This document shows, one piece after another, positions 13,254 through 27,181 of a stretch of DNA of 64,000 nt. The stretch comes from Dicyema japonicum (lineage: Eukaryota; Animalia; Dicyemida): positions 751,855-815,854 of the forward strand of contig RDEW01000017.1 of the NCBI GenBank assembly GCA_011109175.1. The letters are read 5' to 3'. Positions within the stretch are counted from its first letter, which is position 1. Every line of letters begins with the position of its first letter. Both the position numbers and the translations under genes were made by a program. The notes below the pieces were generated by a model that had not been told where the DNA came from, ran no database searches, and saw only the letters and a list, made by a program, of their open reading frames with translations.

Positions 13254-13729
13254 TTGAAAAAAGTTAATTTTAATCAACTAAACTAAATGTTATAATTTGT
13301 TTTTTGAGATTAAATTATTTAAATTAAATGAATTGATATAGCTTATACTTTGTTGATTGAGTTTTTGACACCTCTCCAATAATGTCTTTATCTTTGTCTT
13401 ACGGAAACCCCAAATGGTGGGGAAAAGTTGAATGGCTCTTTCCGTTCCTTTCCGGAATGGGTGACACCTTTTTGGGTGATCCACAAGACACAATGTTAAG
13501 CACATGATATGTAATAATGTTATTCGGTGAAAACTCGCTTCGAACTCTAAACAGGAGACCTTATGTATGAATTTGGAGATACAAAGTTAACGTAGCATGC
13601 CTACAAGAGGTGTAGGTGAAAGTGGATCGGAATTTATGAAACGAAAATTACCGGCTAATACTAATACCGTTCGACTGTGGTCACTATTCAATGGACTTAA
13701 GAGTTCATCCATCAATCGCAAATCAGATA

Positions 13730-14900
13730 CTCAAAGTATTGAGAGTTACTGACAGAATCACTATCAATTAGATATTGCATCACGTATAAATAAATCGATT
13801 ATGTCTGGCATTATTTTATGCTCCTCACATAGGAAGATTAACAACTTCAATAGATGGAACTTGATTATTTTTATTCGAGTCTATCCTAAATATATTCTCA
13901 ACTCTTCTTGCAGACTAATTTTTGTCTCAGGAAACTGAAATCCCAAACCAGGAATTAGACCTAGTTGTGAAAACTGCATTGGAAACCACAGAAGTAACTC
14001 ATCTGGAAACTGTCTGATAGACTTCTGCGATGCTTATGATTTGTTTTTGGGCAACATGGTCTTTCAGCATGCTGCTAGACACAAAACTACATGGGTTGGA
14101 GTGGATTCCCGTTCATATGGAAGAGGAACATTGATGAATATCGATCACAAGATCGAAGTCAGTAAGCTAAGACTCCGAAGGCTTCATGGAATATCCTATG
14201 CGAATAACTCTAGGCCGGAAAGAACACAGGAGATTGCGTCTGAAGAACTGGGATATATTTCTGACAAATATCAGATGAAAATGGATGAATATTTATCTGA
14301 AGTCTCCTTTGATAATCAACTTCATATCTTGTCGGAGAGAATCGCTTGAGACATAAAGTCGCCGCCAAAGAAATGGTCGGGAGATGTGAAAGGATTGTAA
14401 AAAAATATAAAGGTGCCTACAACTGTACAATCAATGAATTGTCCATCTGTCAACGAGACATTAGGCTGAAAATCGAAACCTCCTGCCCTGAACAAAAAGT
14501 TGAACTAAAAAAATTATGGAAATTCTACATGAGATCAAGTACAGAGTAATAGTCAGACTTTCTGAACAAAAGTTTGCAAGAAGTGGAGAAACTACATCCA
14601 TGTGGAAAATGTTCATGGCCTTACGACTTCTCAGGTGAGGATCAACTAAAACCAATTTAAAAATAAAGGATTAGTGCGGTCACTTTGTATTGGAGACTAT
14701 AAGGTCTTCAGGCCTCATAGCCGACTAATTAAAAAACAATTTAATCGGAATGACATTTTTCCTCTATCGCATTTCGAAAAAGAGCCTCGCTAACTTAATA
14801 ATGCTTTCACAGATTCAGAAACTCTGGAGGGTCTCAGCCCTTGAATAATAACAGAGCTGTTGACTTTGACAATATTTGTGGAGAACTACTAAAATGCTGA
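13730..14900 (+). mobile_element. Degenerate RTE LINE (APE end and linker)
   Basis: NMVFQHAARHKTTW, IDH; homologous to the 42000-43500 region. Confidence 0.65.
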
Positions 14901-15595
14901 CTAAATTCAACGAAATATTCAAGACTCACTGTCCAGTTGGCATTTATTATATAAGCTTTGCCACATTTGTTTCACCATAATTATTATCAAAAATATTTTG
15001 AAGTGAAATATAATTCAAAAAATAATTGTAAGGAATGTTCTCTGTGTTCAGAATTTCGAATTATTACTTCGCGATTTTTAACGTCGTTTTATTTAAGATT
15101 GAGTCTTCTCTAATCGATGCAGATTTATGAAAATGGATATTTTGGTAAGTAATATTCAGTGATTTGCTAGGCTTCTAAAATATGTCAGTTTGAATTAGAA
15201 CATCGTACCATTTTAAAATTCTTGTCGAGTTTTATTTTCAATATGAACAGATAATACATCATTTCCAACATTAAAGACATATATTCCGTGTTGAAATCTT
15301 AGTTCCTTATAGCCTTTCACATGTATCATCCATAAAAGAAATTAATTTTAAGTGTTTGTTTTCCAATTAGAACATTGGGATAACAAAAGGTTATCAATTC
15401 AAATATAAATAGATAGAAAAAATTACTGAAGTGGAAATGAAGCAAAAATCTCACATTTAGAACAAGTACTATATTGTTTGTTGACCTTATAACGTTATCA
15501 ATGGTTTATCAATTGAAAACAGACGATTTTCTAACAGAGTTTAAAACATACATGAACTCACATGTTGAATTATGCTAACTAACTCTAATTTAATT

Positions 15596-15830
15596 TATCA
15601 ACCCCGAAATCTCGAGAAAGGGGATAATATTTATCGTCTATTTAAGTGATCCAGGTGTCCATATCAGTCCTTTTCCTGTGGTTAGTTTCGGAGTCCTTGA
15701 TTAATCTCCACATCGAGGAAGGTTTCTTCTCGTATCTTGGGTAGGCGTCCAGATATAGTTTGATGCCCGCCCGAGGGGATGGTCAAGGGACTTTGGCATC
15801 TTGAGGAAGTCCCGGTGGCGTTCATTAACT
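15596..15830 (-). mobile_element. Vingi-like LINE 3' tip
   Basis: Homologous to 34830-35080; ends acc tgg atc act taa (15642-15656), then CTCGAGATTTCGGGGTT. Confidence 0.75.
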
Positions 15831-15989
15831 CTAATAAAATAGAAATAGATGAATTAAAACAACTTTTAAAATCTTAAAACCTAAATTTATATAAAAATAA
15901 GACAAAATGCATTCGAACCTTTTAGGTGCTCGGAAGCAACCGCTTTGGTTTTACGTGCAATGAAAACTGATGCAATATTAAATTAAAAT

Positions 15990-16223
15990 TACTTCAAAGA
16001 CCTCCTTGATCCTGATTAACTAACTCCTTAATCCTGCTTCGTTCCAGAACTTGTCTCCGGGTACCGACATTGTCCCCAAGGGAAAGAATCGTTAGATCCT
16101 CTTTATGCTGGCCAGGCATTGGATGTCTCCTCAGTAAGGTGGATCCAATGACGCCATCGAGGGAAGGAAAATAATTTTCGACTAACTAGCCACATAGCAC
16201 CACATGGCGCCACGCGGCCAGGC
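15990..16223 (-). mobile_element. Vingi-like LINE 5' tip
   Basis: GC-rich leader GCCTGGCCGCGTGGCGCCATGTGGTGCTATG; shares CTCGATGGCG-CATTG with the full-length copy; GGAGACATCCAA..CCTGGC (decayed GDIxxNPG); EDLTILSL (APE start). Confidence 0.6.
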
Positions 16224-16439
16224 AAGTATTAATATTAAACATATTTTCTAAATATCAGACTTTGGAATAATATTTTTCCAAGAATGTTTAAGTAGTTTAA
16301 ACCTCTTACTTTTCCATAAAAATTAACCTTCAATTTATAAGTCGAATCGACGTCATAAGTGTGTCATCTTTATAAGGCCTTAACTTTCAAACCAATTTAT
16401 ATGACATTACAGTGGGTATTCCCAAGAACTTCGTTAACC

Positions 16440-16800
16440 TTCCCGTTTAAAGCTGTGTCGAAATCGCTTTTCTTATTTTGTTAGTGCTTGTTTTAATAAA
16501 TTTATTTATTATCCTTAGATACTCGAGAAAAAAAGTTAATTTTAACTTAATTAAATATTTCCAGTTTTCACTGACACAGAATCAGAGTCCTTCCAATATC
16601 ATATACCAATTTATCCAAAACCAAAAAGGAAGAACCCATCCAGTCCTCACAGTGTGTAAATCCCTCCAATGAAATGGAAGAGAAAAAATGATTTTTTCAT
16701 ACCATCTAGGTTGTCATCCAAGATACATAGATCACATGACGCCACTCCAGTAGAACGAGAAAAGATTAAAAAAAAACAATAGAAAGGAAGATAAATTTTC
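16440..16800 (+). CDS. Possible small spliced orphan gene
   Basis: Several GT..AG mini-intron-like segments around exon FTDTESESFQYHIPIYPKPKRKNPSSPHS; no homology recognised. Confidence 0.25.
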
Positions 16801-16949
16801 GTCGATAAAATAGCCAGAGAATCTGACTCATGAATATTTGTTATAGAAAGTCGTCCTAATTACTATCAATATTAAATTAAAAGAACATTTAAATTTATTT
16901 AACGTTATTTTTAGTTAATTTATATTAAATGTTAATGTTTCCATCAAAA

Positions 16950-17600
16950 TTGAAATTTTTGTTATATTGGTGCATTAAATTTAATAATTCACTTTTATCT
17001 TTTTCATCCTAGAAATTAATAGGAAGTCATACTAATCGACTAATCCTTATTGTATTTAATATGAACTCGCAGAGCCAAGCAATTCTAACCTGAAGGTTTG
17101 TTTTTCCTTTTTCTAAAAATTCATATCGATTTTTTAATTCCTGGAATTTTAGATAGTAACTATACAGTTATATAAGATTCTGATAATTCTAATAGTCTGT
17201 TCAATGACAATACTCCAGGATATTTGACAGATATAAGAGATTTTAATCGATTTTCATGATATCTAGCAACTGACCTTCTTTAAATTTGGATTTATTTTTA
17301 TACCTTGTCTTATCAGTAAATCGGGTTTGTTGAAGTTTGGATCTAAGTTTTAAATCTGAAAAAAAAACTTTTTATTCATTTTGAAATTAGTTGAAAGCTT
17401 TTCATTAGATATGACATCTTTAAGAATATATTGGTAGTTGATTTTTTATCAGATGAATCATTTTTATTAGATTTTAAAATATCGTCATTAAACATCCTAG
17501 ATATATATTACGTACTAACATATATCATATTTATATCGAAAATATATATCCGTTCTACGTTAAATTCCAAATATTATATTTTTTACTCACCATCATAATG
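16950..17600 (-). CDS. Possible spliced orphan gene
   Basis: 23-37 nt GT..AG segments separate open stretches such as SVARYHENRLKSLISVKYPGVLSLNRLLELSESYIT; frame not fully resolved. Confidence 0.3.
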
Positions 17601-17667
17601 AAAATTAAAATTTATTTTAAGTGAAAACAGCAAAAGGAGGATAATTAATTTAATCTATAGGAAAATG

Positions 17668-19235
17668 CTGACTTTGTTCACTCTAAGTGTTGAAAAGAGT
17701 TGCAAAATTTCTATCCCGTAATCATAGAAGCGTGGGCGGTGTCGTATCCGGCTCTTTTTATGTGGAGACGTCGAGGAAAATCATAGACCATATCTCATCA
17801 TAATGAAAGTTAACATTAATGGAATCCGAACGAATATTGCCGAACTACAACGCTTTCCTTAGGACATCGAATGGATATAACTTTTGGATAAAAGAGACAA
17901 ACTAAACCCACGACTACATATCCCCACTTTTCCTGGATATTCAGTTTTCAGGCGAGACAAAAGTAAAAAAACTCGATAAGGAGGCTCAAGAAGTGCTCTC
18001 CACACTTAATTATTCACCGAGAACCAGGTTCATGACGTGAACATCAGTCATAAACCATATTCAAAAACTAGCGCTTCGTAATATTCGTCCTTTTGTAGAA
18101 CTTCCATCTTTTTCCACGGATTCTGTGAAGAATACTCAATGACAACACATTTACAAAACTTTTTCAATTCATTTCCGAGAGCCTGAATACTTCCAATCCA
18201 CACAAGAGAACCGTATTAGTTTAGTGGATATAGAGATGGATTTCGATTCAAGATCCTTATCGCAAAAATATTTCATGACCTCGATCCACCTAATACTAAA
18301 GTTATGGTTGTCTAACTTCAACGATCGCATGGGCCAAGTAGTGGCAAACAACCATTAATCAAAAGAACGATACCTTCCAAATAGAATGCCAAAAAGATCA
18401 CCGCTGTCGCCAACATTATTTAATATGTTCCTCAGTGATCTCCCTCCCCAATTACCTTAAAACTTAATTTTCTTATAAAGATCTCGTGATTGCAACGAAA
18501 CATCGAAGAGTCAGGAGGCAATACAGTCCGTATAGAGGACATTAAACCTTGTGGGTCTTTGGTTTTTGAAAAAACGCATACAAGTATCACCTGGTAAGTC
18601 AAAAGTAACGACGTTTATCTCGTCGCGAACAGACTTAAGGATAAAGTCAGTAGTAAAATTATATGATTCCCTGATCCTCACTAAGAAGACTCTTTCAATC
18701 ATGGGAGTCTTCTTGTATACCCTCCTTTCATTCACACATCAAGTGGAGTTGGTAACCTCGAAGATCCAAAAGAATATTGGAATTCTCAAGGTTTTTACAC
18801 ATCTTCCCTCCCATCATTGTAACTTCATACAAAAGATTTGTTCTACCAAGTATCTAGGATTTCCCCGCTTTCACTATCAGCACAGTGCAAACTGGAAGTG
18901 GTAAAAAACCGATCTCTAAGAATATTATTGAGATTGTCGAAAAAGACATCCACGTCGTTACTACGAATAACACTAAACGTTGCCCCATCATGTAATATCT
19001 CATGGAACGCCACCAAGACTTTCTCAAAATGGTAAAGTCTCCTGAAATTCCTTTTAGACTGGAAGTCACTCTTATAAGTAAGCATGCCCGAGATAAGAGA
19101 AGAAGCCTTCTCCTTTATGGAGATTAATTTAGGATTCCAAAACTAATCGCAGGGGATAACCTGGTATGAACACCGGAATCACTTAACTTAGACGATAACT
19201 ATTTTCCTCTTTTTTGTGGTTCAGAGGTCAATAAA
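17668..19235 (+). mobile_element. Internally deleted Vingi-like LINE retaining both ends (~1.55 kb)
   Basis: 5' leader TGACTTTGTTCACTCTAAGTGTTG (17669-17692); RLFLCGDVEENHRP (decayed 2A) at 17749-17790; APE start; jump to late RT; NTGIT* at 19172-19186. Confidence 0.75.
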
Positions 19236-19254
19236 CTAAATTAAATCTAGGGTG

Positions 19255-19400
19255 CTTAAATGGTCAGATTGACTCCTCTCACAATAGCTATCGAGATACG
19301 CTCTCGAAGCCATTCAGTTTCACATATATCATTGAGCCGATCCGACGGACTAGGTCGTCTGTTTGTGCACCAAGGATTCCTGACATCTTAACAACAAAAT
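19255..19400 (-). mobile_element. CRE-like 3' tip
   Basis: GILGAQTDDLVRRIGSMI, related to 7560-7730. Confidence 0.6.
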
Positions 19401-19989
19401 GACTATGAAACACTTCTCTACTTCTTTCTCTTTTGATCCTAGGCTTGCTTCGAAGAATGTCCAGGGTCTGACGCAGAAGAAGCAAAATTATTTGGAGAGT
19501 AAGTGCCAACACAGGTAGCGTCCAAATTTATTAAATCAATTCTCATATTATCGATTCTGGGAGCCTTATTTATGCATTCTTCGCAACGGAATGTATTTCA
19601 GACATGGTCATTTTTCATAAGATTAATTGGAAAAATATGACTGTTCTTCTTGACCCATATCTGAGTCTCTTCGAAAAGAGAAAAATTATTTTGTTGTTGG
19701 GGAAGTTCAGGTGATCAATTTATTACATACCAGAACAATCAAAATAATCCAGCTGAAAGAATTGAGTGACTGTTTCCCTGACAACTGACAGAGAAATTTT
19801 TTGGAGCAGCCAGTCGATTTCCCGACGCTCAATTAAATTACTTTTTTGATTTTTTTATTTTATAATAGTGAAAATTTGTCTTAACTATCTTTTCTAAAAC
19901 TTTAGTTAAAATCGGTCATCCATTAATGTCAACCCATTTTCAGAACATTAAATATCAATTTATTTTTTTATTTAATAATTTAAATTTTT

Positions 19990-20819
19990 TTAACAATTAA
20001 ACAAATGTCAGTTGAGGAAGCCTGCTGAGTGGATTGCGAACGAGTTCCCTCGGAGTATGGCTATTCCAATCTTTTGTCTTAGCCATAGCCCTTCTCGTTG
20101 ATCCCTTTTCTTTCTGCAAGCAATCCTCCGAGTTCTTGCAAGAATTCAGCCGTCATTGGACCAACGGCTCCCGATGATTCGGTCGCAACAGGAGTAAATC
20201 GGTAGCGATCCCCGAGGCAAGAATATTTCTTGATTTTTAGGTTTTCCGCGGTCGAAGCAGCTGCTCCAGGTGTCTGAACAGATTTAAAAATGTTCGTGCT
20301 TGAGAACGTGTCCGTGCAAGTTGCGTCCCAGACCAAAGATCTTCCAGACGTGAAGGGGAAAAGGGTCATCCCGTCAGGTCTCTTCCCATCTCCTCGATCA
20401 AGACCCACTGGTTCAAGCTGTGCTGGGAAGCCTGAAGCCTTCAGAGCTCTGACGATCACATCATTCAGAGCAGCATGACGTGGTCCCCTTCCGGCGCTTC
20501 TTCTGCAGGACAGCGGGTGCAATCCTTTCACATCGACTGTTTTCCCGCATCGGCATCGGTGCTCCTGGCAAACGTCTAGTCCCAGCCTTTGTCCGATTCC
20601 AATCCTCAAAGAATCGTCGTCCAAAAAGGTCCCGAGGTTTGGGCAAGGTATTGCACCAAGCCATGCTCCACTCCCTCGACTTGAAGCTGACACCAAACAA
20701 GCCAGACGATGTTGATTTGCTTCTTTCTTAAGGTCCTTCAAAATTTTGGAGCAGACAATGTCATCCCAATTTCTTTGCTTCGTTGTGTCTTCTGGGATTT
20801 TGAGTCCGGACCCGTTCAT
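19990..20819 (-). mobile_element. CRE-like element, 5'-truncated, near-identical to 80-935
   Basis: ORF 20079..20819 differs from the 1-888 copy by only a few residues; same 3' UTR. Confidence 0.9.
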
Positions 20820-21704
20820 TAAATATTAAAAATTAAATAATAAAATGACCCCAATATATTTAAACGCTGACTCTGATGTTAGACTAATTTTCCCGCCGTT
20901 TTTTGCATCTATATACACCTCTTTCAGAAAAAATTGTAAAGGTATGGTGTCTTCTTAGACTGTGGGTTTTAATTTAGCCAATATATAGTTGAAAATTTTA
21001 ATCTACTTTTCTTGCTAGGAGAGAGGAAAGTTTATTAAATCATTTCCTCGAAGATTCTATTCTCTACTGTTTAAAATAGATAGTGCTTAAATATTTGACC
21101 TGAACATTGATGCGACTTATGCGTGAATATTGCTTTCAGTATAATTGCTCATAATTTTTTTCTAAACAATCGTTTTCGTCATTAATTTTTTCAGAATTTG
21201 ATAAATCTGTTGGAGTATTACGTTATTTAAAACTATTTTTTTTTAAAGTTGAAAATCTTTAAAATAGATATTTTTATTAGTTTTTTTATATATGAGCAAA
21301 CTCATTAAATTAAAAATAATTATGAATTATATGGTTTATAACTTCATTGAAGGGGAAATTTATTCTGAAAAATAATTGATTCAATATAATGTGAAAAATT
21401 CTTTAAATTGATTCAAAATATGCTTAAATATTAAAAATTTAAAGGTTAATGCTAAATAAAGTGTACTTATTTAATCTTAATCGATCATCATTATTTTCTC
21501 CAAGCAACAATAAGTAAAAACCGCATGACGTTATAATAGATCTTTAAAAATAGCAAAAATATTATCAACATATCGTTCAATTACAAGTAATTATTTGATC
21601 AAAAAATTAATTTATTTAGTTATTTTCTTATTGTTTTTTATTATTTAAAATCATAAACTTTTACCTAGCATATTTCAAACTTTGAAAATAAACTTTGTGA
21701 GTGA

Positions 21705-23991
21705 ATGGAAACATTAAGGTATTTTTTATTAGCAGTTCTAAACAGTATTAGAAAAAATAATTCAATTTACGAAAAAGATCGCATAGAATCAATAAAAATG
21801 TAAAAAACTATTTTATATATTTTTAGTAGAAGAAAAAACCGTTCAATCCCTTCATCGCTAATGACTTCAGTAAAATCATTTCCAAATTTATTGTAAATAA
21901 TCATTTCAATATGGCTATAGTATCAATAAAAAGGTTGATATTCTACCTCAAGACAAAAATGTTATTGATTTAAATAACAGAGGATATTTAATTTTTGAAG
22001 AAAAAATCTCTGAAAAAATTGAAAAACTTCAGATTACGGAGCTAAATTCTTTTGGAGAAAAAATTTGTTTACCGGAATCAGACCTACTAGTCACCAACAT
22101 TTTCTTCATTTCTTCAAAAAGGCAAAATTTTCCAAAGTTTACAATATCTTTTTTTGTTCCTCCTATTAAATCTAAATACGAAGAATTTTATATTTTGAAT
22201 AAACCTACAAAAAATTCTGATTGGGAAACTAAATCGATATCTAATATTGTCGAAGTATCGTAAATATTAACGATTAGGCAGACAATGGCTTGTTATCAGT
22301 CGAATTTAATTGCAGAAATTTAGGTTATTTTGCTGTTAAAACACAACTCAAGTGTGAAAATATACTTATAGATAAAAATGGATGTTTATATCTTTCTAAA
22401 CTGTCGAGATATTTAACAATAAGGATTCCTCGGAAAGCAATTGACAATTCAGTCTTATTAACAGTAAAGGTATACTAATATGCCTAAATATTAGATTTTC
22501 CCTTTGGATATTACAGCTGCCAAGAAAAACATTATTACCAATCGCGCAGCAGATTTTATAGATACAATTGGCGACTTGTTTGAATTAGAAACAAATAATG
22601 AAATAACTTTGAGCAAAACTGTATCTCTTAAGCTCCCACTACCTGATTCTATTATTAAATCGGAAACTGATAATTCAAAATTCAATGTTATGATGTTTAT
22701 CGATAATCAATGGAACTTTTGTTCTACTATTACAAAATTAACTAAAACATCGGTCACAATCAACACTAATTGTTTTGGAAAGTATGTTTTAAAGTATAAA
22801 TGTTAAAGATTCTGTGTTGTTAAGATTAAAAAATACAAAAATAACTTTGAAATTGGAAGTTTGATCAATCAGACGAAACTTTTATCTTTAGCTTATCCAT
22901 TGGAAATTTTAGTTTTACTCAATTTAACAAAACAAAAATGGATGATGCGAATTTTAATAAAAAATAAAGATATTGAGAACGAATTAACTGATTCTGAATG
23001 TCTTCGAATTTTTGTCCACCAAGTTAATTGTCCTACTTTTTTACTGCCTAATACAGAAATTAAATTTTCAGTCGAAGGAAATGTAAAAAATGGTAAAATA
23101 AAGTGTCCGACTTGTATAGATGATTTTAAAGGATGCATGTTGACATTCAATCCTTTGATCGACAATAATTATTTTGACCTCGTTATAAAACCAGAAGAAG
23201 ACAGATGCGAACAAGTATCTATCATAAAAATTGAAATTTTTGAGCATGCTAATTCAACACAACTTATCGAGCGTGAAATTACTATTGCTGAAAAATATGT
23301 TAATGAATATTTGGATAATCTAGCTGAAAATGTTTTTAATTGACATAATTAAACTTTAGAAAAACCTTAAGGAGAAGAAACAAAAAGAAAAAGAATTGGC
23401 AGAAAATAGGAAAAAACAACTGGAAGAAGAAAAAAGAAGAGCAGAGGTAGCGCGTAGAATTCGCCGAGAAAATCTTTTGAATGGCCCACGCATTTCGAAT
23501 TATACGAAAATTTCCCATTTCAATGTTTCATCAAAATTAAAAGAATACATCGAAGGGAAAAAAAGTAAATTAAATAATTATACAATTATTATTAATTTGT
23601 GCTATTATTAGCTCTTCATGAAATCCTACATACAATGGAAGCGAGAGTTTTGCATCATTCTTCATTGCGTGTAATTGCGATAAATACAAGCAATATTGTT
23701 AACCTGGTGAAAGAACTTGGAGTTGAGACTGCAAAAATACAATCTCTATACTTTGATCTTTATACTATTGAAGGTTTAAAAATTAATCTATTTAAAGACA
23801 TTCAAAATTTTTCGTACAAACTGTTATTGAAGTGGAAATATCAAAAAATTGAAGACGACGACGATAAAATAATCACGTTGGTTAAAGCACTCAGAAAAAT
23901 AAATGATAATGAACTTGCGAACGCAGTAGAATTATGTAGGAAAAAAAATATTGAGCTAACGAATGAAATTTTGAAAGAAATGCTTAAGTAA
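21705..23991 (+). CDS. ZU5-ZU5-UPA-like + C-terminal death-domain protein (DTHD1/PIDD/ankyrin-C-terminus-like)
   Basis: Second ZU5-like: LTIRIPRKAI..VSLKLPLP..INTNCFG; death domain LGVETAKIQSL..KLLLKWK..TLVKALRKINDNELANAV; about 8 mini-introns (e.g. gtatcgtaaatattaacgattag); start codon approximate. Confidence 0.65.
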
Positions 23992-24569
23992 TTGCTCTTT
24001 TGATATTTAAATATCGGGTTGAATAGAATTTCTTTAATATGTTTATAAATTTTTGATATCTATATGAAATGCTAAGTTTTTGTGTCTGTCACAATAATTC
24101 CAAAATTTAATTCTAACAAATAAAAATATAGTTAAAAATTATTTTAATTGATCAAGTTATCACGGTCATAGAAACAGACACCTTCCAATATCACACGATT
24201 GCATTCAGAACTAGCAGAATTGGAAGAAAATGTCTTTCAATGGATAGGGGAGAGCAAATTATTTTTTTGTGTTCTATCCTGACAGTTGGCATCATCTGAA
24301 ACAAGTGGATCATATGACGTCTTTATAGTAGAATAAAGGAAAATAAAGAACAGAAAAAACAAAAGTTCCTCGACCAAATAATCAGCAGAGGGCACCGAAA
24401 TCAGTATCATCGTTATAATATTATAAATAAATAAATAATATGTCGCGAACCGAGGGCAGGATCGAGCCGCAGACGTAAATCGTCACTATCAATCAATGCC
24501 AAAAATATTATTAATCAATTATTATATCAAAGAAAAAGTACTATTGTTAAATAAAGTTTTTATGACAGG

Positions 24570-25390
24570 TCTTCATTATGGCCTGCAGGCATTAAGCACT
24601 CTATGGGAGTTATGGTGTGAGGAGGGAATCTCCCGAAGCTCCGTCTGACAGCTGATCTAGTCTTTTCCTGTCAACCATCCCACCACATCATCGTCGTTTT
24701 TCAAAGCAGTTGTCAAGGCCTAGCAGAAGAGCACTTCAACGCGAATTGTATTTACATCAAACAGAGTATCAACTGCCCCTACTGGGAAGGCATTGAGCCA
24801 GGACCCCATTTCTTAAAAGAAACTGCATTCAGACATGAGCGGCGATGTATCAGCGGACTTCCAAGTTCATTTATCTTTTTTCACAAAGGAATTCATCCCA
24901 GTCCTTTTGAGAGGTAAAGTTATTGCTGTCCACTGCTGCACAACAGAGTCAAGCACAGGGTCCAGACTCAATCCGTGGCAGGAACATAAAATTGAGTTGG
25001 CCAAGTCACGGAAGCTTGCGAGTGACGACAGGTAGCATGGAATGGCCAAATCGGAAGGGGACCTCAAACCAAATTCCCCCAAACTTTATCGAGCTTTCTT
25101 TAGGGCCAGCTAGTCTGTCCAATCTGATATTGAGGATTCTTCAGTCGTCTGTCTGATAAGCAAGGGGAAATCTCTAATGAGAAGATTATCTTGTGAACAA
25201 AACTGTTATTTTTTATTATGAAGGCGGTATGTGCTTCAAGAGCCTTTCCGTCAAGCCAGAACGATTCGACCTTTCTCATAAACTTTTTCATCCCGAACAA
25301 GGATAGAGGGAATCCAAGAAGAACAGTACAAGAAGACTATCCTTGCATCAGGAACTAGGTCTCAAAGGCGGATTTTGACAATGAAAACTC
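24570..25390 (-). mobile_element. Degenerate CRE-like fragment
   Basis: GEFGLRSPSDLAIPCYLSS, GSWLNALP. Confidence 0.7.
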
Positions 25391-25499
25391 GTCAGGCGGA
25401 ATGCTAACATTTATGATTTCTGTTTTCAGCATATTCACTGCAGATGGGAAAATTAAAACAAATTAGTTAGTTAGTTAAAAACACTCAGGTGTTACTCAT

Positions 25500-26090
25500 A
25501 AGCAGATAAATACTTAAGGTTCCGCTTGTGTTGTACTTTTTTTCACCAGTTTTCTCCATATAAATATTCTCCTCGCCCGTATCCGCTGTTTTCAATCTCC
25601 CACCAATATGAGCAGAATCTTGATCCAGACAAAGAGGAAGCTTAGTTCTCTGCGTCCACGAAAGCTCCCAGTTACATTTTGATTGAAAAAATCATCTATA
25701 ATGAGGTTACATAGTGTCATCAATATCCATATGGAGAATATGCAAAAAAAGTCGCCAGAGAGATTTTATCACTTCCTTGCCTATCGGCCCACGTTTACGT
25801 AGCTCTTAAAGAGTCCTGTTGTTTAATTTCTTATGACAATAGATGCCTACTATTTTTCTTAGTTGATTTATGTGATATCCGTCAAGTCTGCTAAGATCTG
25901 CTTTCGAAGGTTCCCAAGTTCCTGAGTTTTACAGTAACATCGGTTTTATAAACTCATTAAATATCATTATCCGCAAATTCTAAGAGACGTGGTTTCTACG
26001 GGTCCAAATATTCCACATCTTTTTCATTGCACAAGATGCAGCATTTTTCTGCTAGCAATGTCCTCAGCATCTCATAGAAGCGAGCCGAAC
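25500..26090 (-). mobile_element. Probable R4/NeSL-like RT relic
   Basis: Decayed LP..IGGRLK-like segment; heavily eroded. Confidence 0.3.
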
Positions 26091-26104
26091 TCCTTAATTA
26101 TTTT

Positions 26105-26300
26105 ATTTATTATTTATTTAATAACCCCGAAAAAAGAACACCAAGAAAGAAGGAGTAAATCAACTAATTAAGTGATCCCGGTACGCCTCAACAGGATCGA
26201 GAGGTTTTTCCTATGTTCCTCCAGAGTACCCACGGCTTTCCTGAATAGACGACGATCATCTTTCATTAGAGTTTGAAGAGGGGTGGGTTTTTTCCCCAAT
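26105..26300 (-). mobile_element. Vingi-like LINE 3' tip
   Basis: FRKAVGTLEEH..LLRRTGIT* (26168-26182); 3' end TCTTGGTGTTC..CGGGGTTATTAAATAA. Confidence 0.75.
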
Positions 26301-26445
26301 GTTTGTCTCAATTGTGTAAAGGGATAAATTTAAATCATTAAAATTTTAGTTATTACTTTAAAATTAAAAATAAACATTTAATTTGAATATAGAACGTTTT
26401 TAAATTATATTTTGAATTTTATCATAGTGGTTCAGTCACATTCAA

Positions 26446-27083
26446 ATGTTGCGTTTTTCAAAGTTAACATTGTTACCCAACTGCTACATTAACTTACATC
26501 GAAACCGTTTCAAAACAACGTTAGTAGATATTTCACGTCTTCCCATGAAGTTTAAAAAACAAACTCCCCCAAGACTTACTGGTTATGAGAACGTCGATGA
26601 GCTTAGAAAAATCTTTGGAAAATTTGGAATGGCATCAGGAGTTAATCCTGCAAAATTATGGCCTTCGATTGAGGAGATAATAGAATTAACAGATGAAGAT
26701 AACCAATTTGAACCAAATCTGGATTTTTTGAAACAAGAAATTAAAGAAAATCAGGAAAATAAAGTAAAAGAAATGCTGAATAGGTTATATTTTTAAATAA
26801 ATTAAAGACGTGCCGAAATTTCAGAAAATTTGAAGAAAATGCCTCAGCTTATTAAAGCACATCGGCAACAACGACGTAAATTAAAAGAAGCTAAATCAAA
26901 ATCAGAAAAAAAATAAATAATTTGCTAATGGAAGCTCAAGAAGAATTTGGTTATTTACTTAAACCAAGTGATCAGAAATTCAAACAATTTGCAGTTGAAA
27001 AGTCTCAGAAATTAAAAGAAGAGATGAGATTAAAGAGAAAGGAAGAAAAGAAGAGAAAACTAAACCCACTAACAAACGTTTGA
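26446..27083 (+). CDS. GADD45GIP1: Mitoribosomal protein mL64 (CRIF1)
   Basis: RKIFGKFGMASGVNPAKLWPS, I.ENLKKMPQLI, EAQEEFGY; 24-nt intron 26784-26807; one homopolymer indel ~26910. Confidence 0.85.
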
Positions 27084-27181
27084 TTTATTTTAATTTAAAT
27101 GTTTTTTTATATTTAATGCTTTAATGTAGCTTAAGAATTTTTTAAGCATTTTTACTATTTTAATTTTCACTGGTTATTGAA

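Noticed and set aside
24420-24500. tRNA or mini-SINE (GGCTCGATCC B-box-like, TTAT tail, minus strand)
   Set aside because: No cloverleaf, no A box and no second copy in the window.
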